A stretch of 63,372 nucleotides of DNA, filler included, from Octopus bimaculoides (lineage: Eukaryota), in assembly GCF_001194135.2 (NCBI RefSeq). It is 3 parts of 3 records of this genome, joined end to end, with 100 filler letters (N's around TTAATTAATTAA, not from the genome) between each part and the next. Parts side by side here need not be neighbours in the genome. Positions count along the whole stretch, not along the records: positions 1 to 18,077 come from NC_068990.1; 2 more parts are not named here. One strand, written 5' to 3'. The notes under the pieces were generated by a model, which had not been told where the DNA came from, ran no database searches, and saw nothing but the letters and a program-made list of their open reading frames with translations. Shown piece after piece: positions 1 to 12,390 of the stretch. The position numbers and the translations under genes were made by a program. Positions within the stretch are counted from its first letter, which is position 1. Each line of letters opens with the position of its first letter.

Positions 1-40
<40 letters not shown>
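1..40. repeat. (AT)n microsatellite
   Basis: Pure AT dinucleotide run at the window start; many similar runs occur throughout, often bordering N gaps. Confidence 0.95.
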
Positions 41-45
<5 letters not shown>

Positions 46-881
46 GAATATTATTGACAATGACGTCGATGCTTCGGCCAATTACGTCATCGTTGGAGTG
101 CTATGAATGAAGTTCATATTGGCTTTTATATAGTCTCTGTTGAGTTAAAAAAAACCTTCCTTGGATGTGTGAATTTGTGTGGAGTAGTAGTTATTGGGTT
201 ATTGGGCAGAAATTTTTATTGATTGTATATGGGTTTATGTTATTTTATTGAATTCATGTATACAAAACTTTGTAAGTAGGTGCATATTTAGATGTGCTCT
301 TTTTGGTAGCTTCTTATAGGTTGTGTTGGTAGTTCAGTTATATTTGGTTTTATCGGATTTAATCCTTTGTTTCGACAAAGTAAAGGACAAAGGCACAAAG
401 TTCAATATTTAAAAACTTAGCCATCGGAGGTGTTACCCTTTTGTAATGGAACAATTTTTAGGGGTTCACAAATAAGTGGTAAGTTTTAGTTGGTCAGTTT
501 CTTTACTTGCAGTTATTTATGAAGAGTTTCTGCTTTTATTGGGGTTTATTAGCCAGGCTTGTCATGGCTTGTTGGTAGCATCTTGCACTCTGATATTCAC
601 AAAGGATGAAGGTAGTTGTAAAGGTTGTTATTTTGTATGTTTCTTTCTTGGTGTTCATTTTTCTATAAACAATTCTCTCTCTCTCTCTCTCTCNNNNNNN
701 NNNGATTGGTAGATACTCAGCAGTATCAGCAGTGTTTACGCATAAGTGAACTTAGAGTTAGTTAAAGTACGTCTGTTATTTGTCCAGTGTCGCCTCTTGT
801 CGGATTCTCAGACGCAGTGTTTCTACCTCTTTAGTCGTTATCAATGGGAAATACCGAAGAGAGGTAACATTGATTGGGTTG

Positions 882-1030
882 CGCTATTAGACTGCCAGGT
901 CGAAAAAACTTCAGCAGCATTAGTACCAAGTAGTGTCTAGGCACAAGCGAATTTGCCATTAGAAGTTGAAACAAGTCACAAACATATGATAATACTGTTG
1001 AATTTCTTCCGACCTGGCGGTCTAATAGCG
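882..1030. mobile_element. Inverted-repeat (palindromic MITE-like) element
   Basis: 882-926 (cgctattagactgccaggtcgaaaaaacttcagcagcatta) is an imperfect reverse complement of 986-1030 (cgctattagaccgccaggtcggaagaaattcaacagtatta read on the minus strand). Confidence 0.5.
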
Positions 1031-1093
1031 GAAGTCGCTCAATATTGCTGACTGCGTTTTACTTAAAACTACGGCTTTGAATCTGTCTAGTGT

Positions 1094-1157
<64 letters not shown>
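1094..1157. repeat. (TCTA)n microsatellite
   Basis: Tandem TCTA units directly 5' of the mariner fragment. Confidence 0.95.
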
Positions 1158-1634
1158 ATGGAAAAAAAAGTTCTCTCTATCTGGTGGAATTGCAAAGGAG
1201 TAATTCACTTTGAATTCTGCTCAATTCTACTGTCAGCAATTAGAGCGTTTGAACCAAGCTTTGAAGAAAAAAAGACCCGCTTTAGTGAATCGAAAAGGAG
1301 TGATGCTTCATCAGGACAATCACGACCCCACACTGCAAAGATCACATCCACCTTATTCTCCTGACCTTGATCCTTCAGACTACCATTTGTTTCATAGTTT
1401 ACAGAATCATTTGAGGGACATAACTTTCGCAAGCCAGGAGGAGGTCAAAACTGACATTTCAGAGTTCTTTGCTTTGAAGCCAAAAGAGTTTTACATTGAT
1501 GGGATGAAAAAGCTTGTAAATAGATGGAAGGAAGTCATAGATAATCATGGAAGCTTCCTTGATGATTAAATTTCAATTAAATACAACATTCTTTTAATTC
1601 CAAATTCGGACAAAACTTATGGGATGACCTGATA
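1158..1634 (+). mobile_element. Mariner (Tc1/mariner) element, 3' half: degenerate transposase catalytic domain plus right TIR
   Basis: Frameshifted peptides KVLSIWWNCKGVIHFE and QQLERLNQALKKKRPALVNRKGVMLHQDN...HPPYSPDLDPSDYHLFHSLQNHL...YIDGMKKLVNRWKEVIDNHGSFLDD contain the mariner YSPDL and SDYHLF motifs, with an internal deletion between DN and HPPYSPDL. A TIR-like end (cggacaaaacttatgggatgacctgata) finishes at TA. Confidence 0.92.
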
Positions 1635-1644
1635 TTTATTTCTT

Positions 1645-1825
1645 GAACGAGCTGACTTGTTGTTTTCTTTAGCAAAACTTCATTTCACGTCGCTCCAGGC
1701 TAGTCAGTTGGCAAAAATGAGTAATGCCGCGGAAGACTGGCGTCCCGTCTAGGAGGAGAATACATGTTCCACGGAAATCAGGAAACCGACTCTATGAGCC
1801 TTTATGACTAAGGAAGTATCTTAAA
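1645..1825 (+). mobile_element. CORE-like SINE body and 3' part, 5'-truncated
   Basis: agcaaaacttcatttcacgtcgctccagg...gttggcaaaaatgagt...gactggcgtcccgtctagg matches the bodies at 26470-26694 and 52922-53210. Confidence 0.6.
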
Positions 1826-2790
1826 GAAATTTTAAAAGAAAGTCTTCCTGAAAGAAAGAAGTAAGAGTCGACCCTAGAACAAGACTGGTACTGTATTTAT
1901 CTCTCCCTATCCCGACCCCGAAAATGCGAAACAAAAACGTTGGCTTCAATGGGATGTAAACTGAAAGGACTGAGATATCCTTGAACAATTACCAATGGGT
2001 AATACATTCGATTTGGTGAATTTGCCGCTTGCTAGACGCGTTTATGATTTACCAACAAGAACTAACAGCTCTACAACCAACACTGCCATAATTATCGTCA
2101 CCAACCAAAAAGAAAAAAACAAACCCTCATCTGTAGCCACATTATTACAGTAAAAACAACAAGAAGCAAGTTACTGCAGTCCTATAGCAACAGCTGTAAT
2201 TTAATGAAACACCAGTTGTACAGACACGACTGAACAATAGCATTGCAATATTAGTAATTTCCTCTTCTATATTGAAAAACTTTGAGAAAAACCTATCTTG
2301 CGGTTAAGTTGATGTAACATAAAACAATTATTACACAATAAATCACCAGTGAAAAATTGGTGCCGCAAGTTCTATTCCTGAAATCAGGTGTTGTGTTGTT
2401 TTTATTTATTTATTTGTTTATTTATTTATTTATTTATTCATTCAGTCTTTGGTTGGGGTGGGACAGGTGGTTGAGAGAGTGGCGGTAATGACTTGACAAG
2501 TTAGTAAAACCATTAATAAATACTCAAACCTCCTGGACACGTTTACTTTGAAAATACTACGTAACTAAGAAAAGCAACAACAAATGACGTAATTACGCAA
2601 TTTCCTGTTGTTGTTGTTGTTGTTGTTTTTATCGCTGGTTACTTTTGTTTATTACATTTTTGTTTATATAATTGTTGCCTATTCTTTTATATCTTTATAT
2701 GTATATATCTATGTATGGGTGGATGTATCTATGTATGTCTGTATGTATGTATGTATTTGCTCTGTAATAAGCGCGTGCGTCCGTGCACAA

Positions 2791-2821
<31 letters not shown>

Positions 2822-2987
2822 CGATTATAAAGAGAAAATATATACACCTATGCACACTGATAAATAAAACACACTCATGTACATGTATGCATATATATAT
2901 ATATGCATTCATATACATATTTATATATATATAGATGTATATATGTTTTATTCAATCTATCGATCTATATATATGTATATGTATATA

Positions 2988-3018
<31 letters not shown>

Positions 3019-3349
3019 GTAAATATATNNNNNNNNNNNNNNNNNNNNNNNNNNNNNNNNNNNNNNNNNNNNNNNNNNNNNNNNNNNNNNNNNNNNNNNN
3101 NNNNNNNNNNNNNNNNNNNNNNNNNNNNNNNNNNNNNNNNNNNNNNNNNNNNNNNNNNNNNNNNNNNNNNNNNNNNNNNNNNNNNNNNNNNNNNNNNNNN
3201 NNNNNNNNNNNNNNNNNNNNNNNNNNNNNNNNNNNNNNNNNNNNNNNNNNNNNNNNNNNNNNNNNNNNNNNNNNNNNNNNNNNNNNNNNNNNNNNNNNNN
3301 NNNNNNNNNNNNNNNNNNNNNNNNNNNNNNNNNTATATATATATACGTG

Positions 3350-3399
<50 letters not shown>

Positions 3400-3942
3400 T
3401 GTGTGTTTCACTGTTTGTATACATTGTGTGTTTGACTACTTGGATATTCTCCACACCCTCCTATACCCATGTCTTACAATCTGATAGCTTCCAAACACCT
3501 GCATTTTATTTTAGCCTCAGAATACTTGGTGCCAAAATGCATAATAATCGTTTTGCAAGAGTTCCGTGTAATCAGCACTAATGTAGTCTTTGATTGTTTA
3601 GACAAATATTGTTCTCTACTGTCTGCACTGACCAAATATTCTATTATATAAAGCGATACCAAAAATATAAAAAAAGAACATAATGTAATAAGTACAAAAT
3701 AAACGAAAAAAAATAAGAAAGAAACCTTGGAACTTATTTATATTTTTATAGTTTTTGTTTATTTTAAAACACGTTTTTGGGTTCTTATTTATATATTTTT
3801 ATGAAGATTAATAGAATTTCAAATATCTTACTGAGTTTGGGGGCGAAATTGCATTATATTTTTTAGGCTGGAATAAATAGTTTCCTTCTTTTTTGCTGAA
3901 TTTCTTTTTTTTAGTTTTGGCTATTAGTGAGTCAGGTTATTT

Positions 3943-3978
<36 letters not shown>

Positions 3979-4251
3979 CGTCGTTGTTGTTGTTGTTGTT
4001 GAAAGTTTTATTGTATTGCAATCAATTTCACTTTCAACAAGACCAAACAACAACAACAATAAAAACAAATAATAATCAAACAAACAAACAAACAAACAAA
4101 CAAACAGACAACAGTAGCAAAAGCTGCTGTAGCTATGACATCAGCTCTTACATCCGTAATGACACACAAATACTCTTTCCATACACAGAACATTTTACAG
4201 GCGGCAGACTGTATATGATAATAATAGTAATAGTAATAATGATGATGATGA

Positions 4252-4252
<1 letters not shown>

Positions 4253-4282
<30 letters not shown>

Positions 4283-4391
4283 AAGAAGAAGAAGAAGAGG
4301 AAGAGGAAGAAGAAGAAGAAGAAGAAGAAGAAGAAGAAGAAGAAGAAGAAGAAGAAGAAGAAGAAGAAGAAGAAGAAGAAGAAGAAGAAGA
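4253..4391. repeat. (GAA)n trinucleotide repeat, ~46 units
   Basis: Nearly pure AAG run with a short GAG interruption. Confidence 0.95.
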
Positions 4392-5628
4392 GTGTGTTTG
4401 TCTTCCATATTCCATTGACTCCTCCATGCCTCCTGGCCATATCTTAAATGTTGTTTTCTTGACAGAAGAAAAACCATTTCATTAGTGTGTGGCAGGATTT
4501 AGTTTAGGTAGCACTTTAGTCCAGCACTTCAGTTTAAATATAAATGTAATTTAACAAAAGATAGATTTACTACTCATACAAACAGATCTAAATATTATGC
4601 ATATACTCATATATATATATACATATTATACATATATTTTTAAGTACGTATGTGAGTGTGTGTTATCTAGATGACGTGTGATCGAAAGAACTTAATGGGT
4701 TGTTTTTGGCTCACGATTCGAGCTTCACTTCATACAAGTACTCGCCTGAAGATCACTGAGGTGTAACACGGGAAATGCAATGCAAAATAATTCAGTTTAA
4801 ACATTTTTACAATATGAGTAGAGTATTGTCTTCCTCTTCCGTTGCCACCCTAGATCTTTAAATACCTACAGCTACGTGTGCATGTTTTAGCTTGTATCAT
4901 TATCCTGTATATAGAATTAAAGTTACGGTTCGTTGGTTGATCATGTGACAAGAATACTAGTCCAAGATCACCCATTCCTACACTAATGATATAACTGCTG
5001 AATTATCTTTCATAAATAAATCAAAATACTCCATCTGATGATCGAAAAGATCACTGGAGTATTTGCTTCGGTCTGTTTTGCGATTGGACTTAAGCCTTGG
5101 TACGTAGATGACATGTTATGGATGAATAGTATGCAACAGTCAATTGCAGGACAAACATATCGTGAAGATCCATTCGAAACATGTAATACTAGGATAATGG
5201 AACACTGTCCTTATTGTATGTATTGCTTATTTTACTGATTTCAGATGCTGGACGTGCCAGTCTAAACCACCCCCTTTAAGAGTATAGGCGTTAATATCGA
5301 TCTTCAGTATAAAACAAGTATTCATATTTATTATTCACCTTGTATATATACCTGATAATGCCGAATAATGGCGGAATTTTGAATGCGACCAGTATACGCT
5401 GTATATTTTGCTACCCACAGCTCAAGGGAATATATATATCGCACAGAAAGAACCTACATTATGCTATTACAATACACTACAAAGTTTTATTGTCTTATTA
5501 TCCATCACATAATAAACTCATAGTGATTATTCTTCTAAAATATTTCTTACAATGCTCACTTTTGTAAGGGCAGTGCAAAGAAAATCAGTTTGGCACCTGA
5601 AAATACCTCAAAGCATGGACCTCACAAC

Positions 5629-5710
5629 CAGCGATTTGTGAACCCGTAGTGGGCCATGGATCATTTGGTACCAGGTCACACAAAAAAAAGAAATTTTAAA
5701 AATTAATTTA
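5629..5710 (+). mobile_element. Possible hAT-type MITE terminal fragment
   Basis: cagcgatttgtgaacccg...ggccatggatcatttggtaccaggtcacacaaaaaaaag resembles, from memory, the left ends of Charlie-like hAT MITEs; no second TIR found. Confidence 0.25.
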
Positions 5711-5789
5711 TATTTTATTGACTATCACAGTCTGGAAATTAGTTTCGCAATATATACAAATTATATATCTTATATGTATCTTAGCTCCA

Positions 5790-6350
5790 GCGTTGTTACC
5801 ACAGCGGGCAACGAGCCTTCTCCAAATATCTCGATGGCTCGCCTTCCAGTTGGCTCCACTTGAGCCAATTCCCATCCCTATCATGTCATTTCGGAACGTA
5901 CTGCACCACATCTTCCTTGGTATTCTTCTCGGATTTTCTCCTCCTCTAGCAAGTCTCTCCGGCAGTAACAATAGCAATAGTAGTAATAATACTCTCTCTT
6001 GCATGTCTTTCCTGTATATGGCCAATAAACTGTATCCACCGCTTAGTCACCATGTCTTGTAAACTTCCCATACCAGCTCTTCTCATCACCTCTTTGTTTC
6101 TCACTCTGTCCTGGAAAAAGATATCCAGAACTGAACGTAGGCAGTGTCGATGGAACATGTCCAGCTACTAAGAGATCTTAGCCGTCTTATTCCAGGTTTC
6201 ACAGGCGTAGATGGCTGTTGGTGTAACAACAGATGAGAATAGCTACAGTTTTAACGTATTATTGTTAGCTTTCAATCTCCATTTGCACAAAGGCGTTGGA
6301 ATACTGACGCTCCTTTACCTATCCTGGCCTTGACTTCAACTTCTGCACTT
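5790..6350 (-). mobile_element. RTE-clade LINE, degraded 3' ORF fragment
   Basis: Minus-strand peptides EVKARIGKGASVFQRL, AIYACETWNKTAKI, MFHRHCLRSVLDIFFQDRVRNKEVMRRAG...FIGHI and RRIPRKMWCSTFRND...DIWRRLVARC form the typical RTE post-RT C-terminus, with stops and frameshifts. Confidence 0.85.
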
Positions 6351-7544
6351 TATAGTGTTTTGTCATTTGTGTGATTCCTTCGTTCCGTGGAAAAATTGTC
6401 TTGCATTAAATTGGTCTGTGATACAAAGAAAAAAGTTGGGGGCTGTTGCCTTATATTACTTTGAGAGTAAATGGATTCATTCGTTAATGTCGGATAGAAT
6501 AGTGTGCAGCACTTGCATCAGGTCTTTATGCTTGCTCTGAGTTCAAATTTGACTGCGATCAACTCTTGAGTCGATCAATAAAAGTTAACCGTTCACTGCA
6601 GAGTAACTGTGCAAGTGATCAGGCAGAGACTCTCTGTCTAATTGGCACGTTTTAGTGAGGTTGTTGAAGGCATTTGAGAGTTAATTTGACGAGATGATTA
6701 TTGGGAGAGTAAATAAACTTTGAACACATTTTAAACATAAACAAACTAAATACAGGAATGAAACAAAGAACTTTAAATAAGTGACTATACATAAAGAAAA
6801 TTCGGTAGATAAAACTATTCATGTTTTAGTTATTAACAAATGGAACAATCGATGAATTGAAGGGAAGTGCGTCTAAAATAGTAGGGTCACGCTGTTGATT
6901 TAAAATTAAGGTTAATAATTCACCCTAAAGCTAAACTTGATAATTAAGATGAATTTGATTGAAAGTAACAATTGCGAATATTGAACAATAACAACGGCAT
7001 TACCTCCACCAACAACAATAATACCCGCAAGATGTCTAATTGTTTATAAATGAAAATAAAACAGAACAACATGTGGCTGAATAATTAAAGATACGTTGAG
7101 TGTTTGACCGATAGAATGATCGATAGAACTGAAATGCATTGTAGTCTGTACTTTTTGCTTGAAGATATGTCTAAATTATTATCGTTGCGTTTTTTGTTTG
7201 TTTGTTCTACTGATCATTATTAGTTCTACACATTTCGAACAACAATGCAACCACAATAGCAACAGCAACAACAGTAACAACAGCGATATTAATAATCGAG
7301 TCAACGAGGGAAACCTTTACCTGGTCGCTAGAGCTCCTAGACATAGTAGTTAAAACTATACTAATCTTACCCTACCGATTTAACTAAAGATTGAAATATG
7401 TAATACATAGCGTAAACAAATGGTAAAGACTAATTTGAAATGCGTTTCTTCATAAGGTTTCATAGCCATGGAGGTTCGAAGTACTACAGAAGAAATAGGT
7501 ATCAGTATGTATTCATACATACATTATTACAAACACACACACAC

Positions 7545-7614
<70 letters not shown>

Positions 7615-7618
7615 ATAA

Positions 7619-7681
<63 letters not shown>

Positions 7682-7682
7682 T
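7545..7682. repeat. (TAGA)n microsatellite
   Basis: Long tandem AGAT run. Confidence 0.95.
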
Positions 7683-7946
7683 ACATGCATTTTTGCAGAA
7701 TTTCTATAATTCCCACTTTTGCATATTTTGATAAGTCCAAATAATATCCAAATAATATCCAAACAATTCCCAGGACAATGATCCACTAGAGACAAATATA
7801 TGCTGACCAACAACATTTTCCCCTACTTTTGTCATCCTTTTGTCATCGTTAATACATTAGATTAACAAAAATGCCTATACTAATAACACTATGACGTGCT
7901 TACACGATCACAATACCCTACCAGTACAAGCAGATGAAAGACCACA

Positions 7947-7990
<44 letters not shown>

Positions 7991-8096
7991 TGTATGTATT
8001 TATAGTTGAAATTTATAGAAAGACGAAAGACGAAGACAGATATATGAACAAGAAGTAGGTGCGTTAGTTTGACGCTCGGGAAAATGAAAAACAATA

Positions 8097-8131
8097 TTTT
8101 ACGTTTCGAGCCTAAGCTCTTCAACAGAAAG
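8097..8131 (-). ncRNA. Minimal type-I hammerhead-ribozyme-like motif (A6>U), in a probable Penelope-like pseudo-LTR remnant
   Basis: Minus strand reads CTTT-CTGTTGA-A-GAGC TTAG GCTC-GAAAC GT-A-AAA: stem I TTT/AAA, perfect 4-bp stem II, GAAA box, palindromic ACGT stem III and a UA cleavage site. Confidence 0.55.
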
Positions 8132-8450
8132 CAATAAGAGAAAATAATCAGAGAGAGAATGAAAATTTAAAACGTGTAGACTTAGCGGCCAAGCATGGTA
8201 AATAATTATTAGAAAAGTTTGAAAGAAGAGGTTGAAAGAAAGGGCGATAATAAATTGCTGGTGATCCCAAATGAAGGTGCACGAGCGTTTGTGTATTTGA
8301 GAATGGTGTGAAAATGTGTAAGTATGGGAATAGGGGCTAGTGATTCTAACATGTGTGTGTGCGTGTGTGTGTGTATGTATGTATGTATGTATGTATGTAT
8401 GTATGNNNNNNNNNNNNNNNNNNNNNNNNNNNNNNNNNNNNNNNNNNNNN

Positions 8451-8499
<49 letters not shown>

Positions 8500-8503
8500 C
8501 ACA

Positions 8504-8543
<40 letters not shown>

Positions 8544-9312
8544 TAGTAGTATTAGTGCTAAGCATTATTGGGAAATAAACGAATTTTAGTTACTTAAAAT
8601 ATATTTGTTTAATATTTAAAGTTCTAAAACCAAATTCTCTGCAGTTACCGTGGAGAAAATATTGTCGCCTATGCTAAAAGGTATACAAAATCACCATATC
8701 TGCTCAGTTTCACCTTCCAACAGACTTCCAGGCGCATTCTTCTGTAGGAGAGGCCGAAGAGAGACAACCCTGGGCAGATTCTAAAGCCATAGCTTTATCG
8801 TAAAATTGTCAATAACAGTGACTGGCTGCACATAACAGACGCCAGCTCGGAATAAATACAATTGTATCAACGTTAAGCAGTTGTGAGGAAAAAACAAACT
8901 TCGGGTTAGTCAAAATATATTTGTGACATATTTTAACTTCTAAATCAAATTCACTGCAGGTCATTGTAGGGAAGAAAATTCTCACTTATAGTAAAAGGCT
9001 ACGGACCTAGAAATGCATTTAGGAGTCCGATAGAGTAGATATGGTCTTTCACACCTTTTACCGTAAGAGAGAATTTTTTCTTCACTGTAACTGCAGCGAA
9101 TTTGCCTTAAGATGTTAAAATATGTCACAAACACGTGTTATGGTCTGTTGGCATAGCCGCAGCTAAGTTCCGTATGCTTTAAACACACTTTGGAGTTGAT
9201 GAATTCATATACCAGTCAAATGATATTCTCAGATACACCGTATATACACTCCTCTCGAAGCTGAGGCATTGTACCTACGTTATAAATTAATGTACACGCT
9301 AACATTTGGTGC

Positions 9313-9875
9313 TTTAGCAGGTTCGTTAGAGCGTCAGGCAAAAAAATCGTAGTGGCATTTTTCCTACATCTCTTCACATTCTCAAGTTCAAATCCAGCTT
9401 GGTGTTCAACTTCACCTTGCTTCGTCTTTTGTGTTACTGATGAGAATTGGCAGAATCGTCAGCACACTGGACAAAACGGTAAGCGATATTTAACCAGTCT
9501 TTACGTTCTGAGATCAAATGCTTCCGGAATCATCTTTGCCTTTTCCCCTTTTGGGATCGTTGAAAAAGGTACAAGTTGAACGCTGGGCTCGATGTAATCG
9601 ACTAACCCCTTCCCCACAAATTTCAAGCTTTTTACCTATAGTAGAAAGGATTATTTTAGGGCAGCGAGATGGCAGAATCGCTAACACGCCAGACACAAGG
9701 CTTAACGGCATTTCGACCGTCATAACGTTCTGAGATCAAATTCCACCAAGGTCCACTAAGCTTTTTATTCTTTCGGAGTCATCAAAATAAGTAGTAGTCG
9801 AGCACCAGAGTCGATGTAATAGACTATCCACCTCTCCACAAAACTTCAGGCCTTCTGCCTATAATAGAAACAACT
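9313..9875 (+). mobile_element. Three tandem, diverged family-A tRNA-derived SINEs
   Basis: Heads of the type gagatggcagaatcgctaacacgcc, B-box-like gttctgagatcaaat, tails ...cctatagtagaaaggattatt; units at about 9313-9435, 9443-9655 and 9661-9875. Confidence 0.75.
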
Positions 9876-10259
9876 GTGTGTACTGCTGCCGATATAACAG
9901 ATTGATCTACACACTCAATATTGGTATTGTGACAATTTCAAGATACAAAATTTGTGATCGATCTCTCTGGAAGACGACATATTTCAATAGAAAAGAAGGA
10001 AAAAGCAGAAAGAAATTAATGTGTTAACAAAATAGGAGTAGACACTGTGTTAAAAATTAAAATATGTTCTGAATCTAAGTAACTCAATAAAGTTACTCCC
10101 AAGTGGAAGATAAAATCGAGTATACACTCACATGTATATATATGCGTATATATATGAGTGTGTGTGTGCATGTGTGTATGTGTGTGTGTGAGCGTGTGTA
10201 TATATGTATATACACGTATGTATATATAAATACATATATATGCAATATACATATATATA

Positions 10260-10297
<38 letters not shown>

Positions 10298-10390
10298 TAT
10301 ATATGCATGTCAGTGTGTGTGTAGGTGTGTGTACATATATATATATATATGCATATATATGCGTACCAGTGTGTGTATAGGTGTGTGTGC

Positions 10391-10441
<51 letters not shown>

Positions 10442-10616
10442 CATGCGTGAATATATGTGTGGGTCTGCATGGAAATATGGATTGATAGAAAGATAGATAA
10501 ACAACAGACAGTTACTGAGTGTATGTTATTAAGTGCTTTCGGTGTCATCAATATCTAATTCATTTAAACTACACACGCGCGCGCGCGTGCGGACACACAC
10601 ATTCATGCACACTCAC

Positions 10617-10661
<45 letters not shown>

Positions 10662-10669
10662 TACATATA

Positions 10670-11010
10670 TAAAGTGATGGTTTGTTGCCAACTTAATGTG
10701 ACAGTCTCAGGAAAGGGAAGAGTGCTACTGCTATCTAGTCCCAGCAAACATCATTTCCAGTGGCAAATAAGCATCGACATCTAGCTTCCAAGCTACCCCA
10801 GACTGAGGAAAAGCAATGACTCTGAAACTAGTTTCTGGATACTGGCTTTGCAGGGTGAAGGTGCTTATCTGCCCTGTTTCGAAATGTAAGGACATAGAAC
10901 GCTTGTGTCACATAGCCAGCTGCAAACGATGTTCCCTTGGACTAAATAGCAGTACCATTCTTCCCTTTCATGGGACTGTCACATTAAGCTGACAACAAAC
11001 CATTCCTTTA
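10670..11010. mobile_element. MITE with ~65-bp TIRs, TA-flanked (Tc1/mariner-like)
   Basis: Left taaagtgatggtttgttgccaacttaatgtgacagtctcaggaaagggaagagtgctactgctat (10670-10734) pairs with the reverse complement of 10946-11010 (taaaggaatggtttgttgtcagcttaatgtgacagtcccatgaaagggaagaatggtactgctat). Confidence 0.8.
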
Positions 11011-11169
11011 TCGTGCTGCTACTGTATTAGTCTATCTGAGATATTTAGAAACGCAATATTTCTAAGTTTGTATATATATACACTCATGTATGTAGTTATG
11101 TGTATGTTTCTATGTGTGCGTGTGCGTGTGTGTAAGATACAGAAAGTTAGAAAGAGAGGGAGACGGGAA

Positions 11170-11450
11170 GAGGGGGCGCATTGCCTCGTCGTTAGATTAT
11201 AGCAGTCGTGATCACAAGCTTATGGTTTCAAATTCTGCTCCTGGTGGAACACTGTGTCCTACAGCAAACCATTTCATCTCTTGTTGCTGTGCGAATACTT
11301 CAGCACCTGACATCTGATACACCGTGCACCTGGTCAAGCAACGTCGATTTTCTGGAGGGCATAAGCTAATGTACGGCACACACATTTGACCACTATAAAC
11401 AAATCATTTGTGCTGGTTGTTCAAGCAAGAAATTGTAGAGCCACCTGTCT
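11170..11450 (+). mobile_element. Diverged tRNA-derived SINE of another family
   Basis: tRNA-like head with B-box-like ggtttcaaattc, then gtgtcctacagcaaaccatttcat (start of a CORE-like body) and a distinct 3' region. Confidence 0.45.
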
Positions 11451-11521
11451 CGCACTAAGAAAGTCTAAGATGAATATACATTTTACCGCATTTTTATGTT
11501 GTATTTTTCGTCAGCTTTGCA

Positions 11522-11565
<44 letters not shown>

Positions 11566-11689
11566 NNNNNNNNNNATATATACACACTGGCAATGCACCC
11601 CTGCCGTTGCCCGGGTGTTATAACCTACACCCACATTGTATTATTTGTTCCTTTGTTATGAGCAGAATCGGCACACGAAGAGTATTAAG

Positions 11690-11859
11690 CAAGCAACTCT
11701 TCTTTCTGTAGTTTCCGTCTTTCAAATTCAATCACAAGTCTGTGGTTGGCCTAGGGCTATAGCAGAAAGCACTTGCCGAAGGTACCATGCTGTGAGACTG
11801 AACGTGGAACCATGTGGTTGGGAAACAAACTTACCAACCACACAGTTATTCTTGCACCT
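11690..11859 (-). mobile_element. Family-B SINE, 5' half
   Basis: Reverse complement matches the head of the full copy at 13255-13635 (ctgtgtgg...cccaaccacatggttcc...ttcagtctcacagcatggtacc). Confidence 0.75.
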
Positions 11860-12119
11860 AATATGTGTGTATGTGTTTAAATTGAGTATTGCGTCCAACT
11901 ATGTCTCAAGGTTAGCAGTTCATCAAGCAGGGAAATATAAAATAACCGCCAGATTGAAATACATACTGAGGTCTAAATGATCAATTGAATTTTCCATATT
12001 TTCCAGAATTTTCCTTACAGCTCCCAACCAGATCTTTACGCAATCCCTGTGGTTTTTACTCAAGATAGACTTTTGCTAGTTTCTTCATGGGCATGCATAT
12101 AACAGAATCAAAAATCTTA

Positions 12120-12390
12120 GGGCATCTTTCTCTGTCGGTATGTCTTGGTTTGGTTACTCAACTCAGCTCCTTTCATGACTTCTCTCATGGAATTCCCAGT
12201 TTAGTCCTAAGCTAACAACTGCAGTTTTATAGATCTTACTGTTATTTTTCCATGTCTCGCATGCATAAGTCAATGTCGGCTTGATGCTGGGTGGATACAA
12301 GCAGAATTTAATGCTTTTGCTGATGTACTGTCGCCTCTTCAATAATATAGCCAAAACTTCGTCTTCGTATGCTTTTAATATAAAGTTTGA
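12120..12390 (-). mobile_element. RTE-like LINE fragment
   Basis: Minus peptide LLKRRQYISKSIKFCLYPPSIKPTLTYACETW contains the conserved (L)TYACETW motif. Confidence 0.6.

Noticed and set aside
5038-5238. ORF containing WYVDDML, resembling the RT YxDD motif
   Set aside because: No other RT motifs in frame or nearby; a four-residue match is expected by chance.
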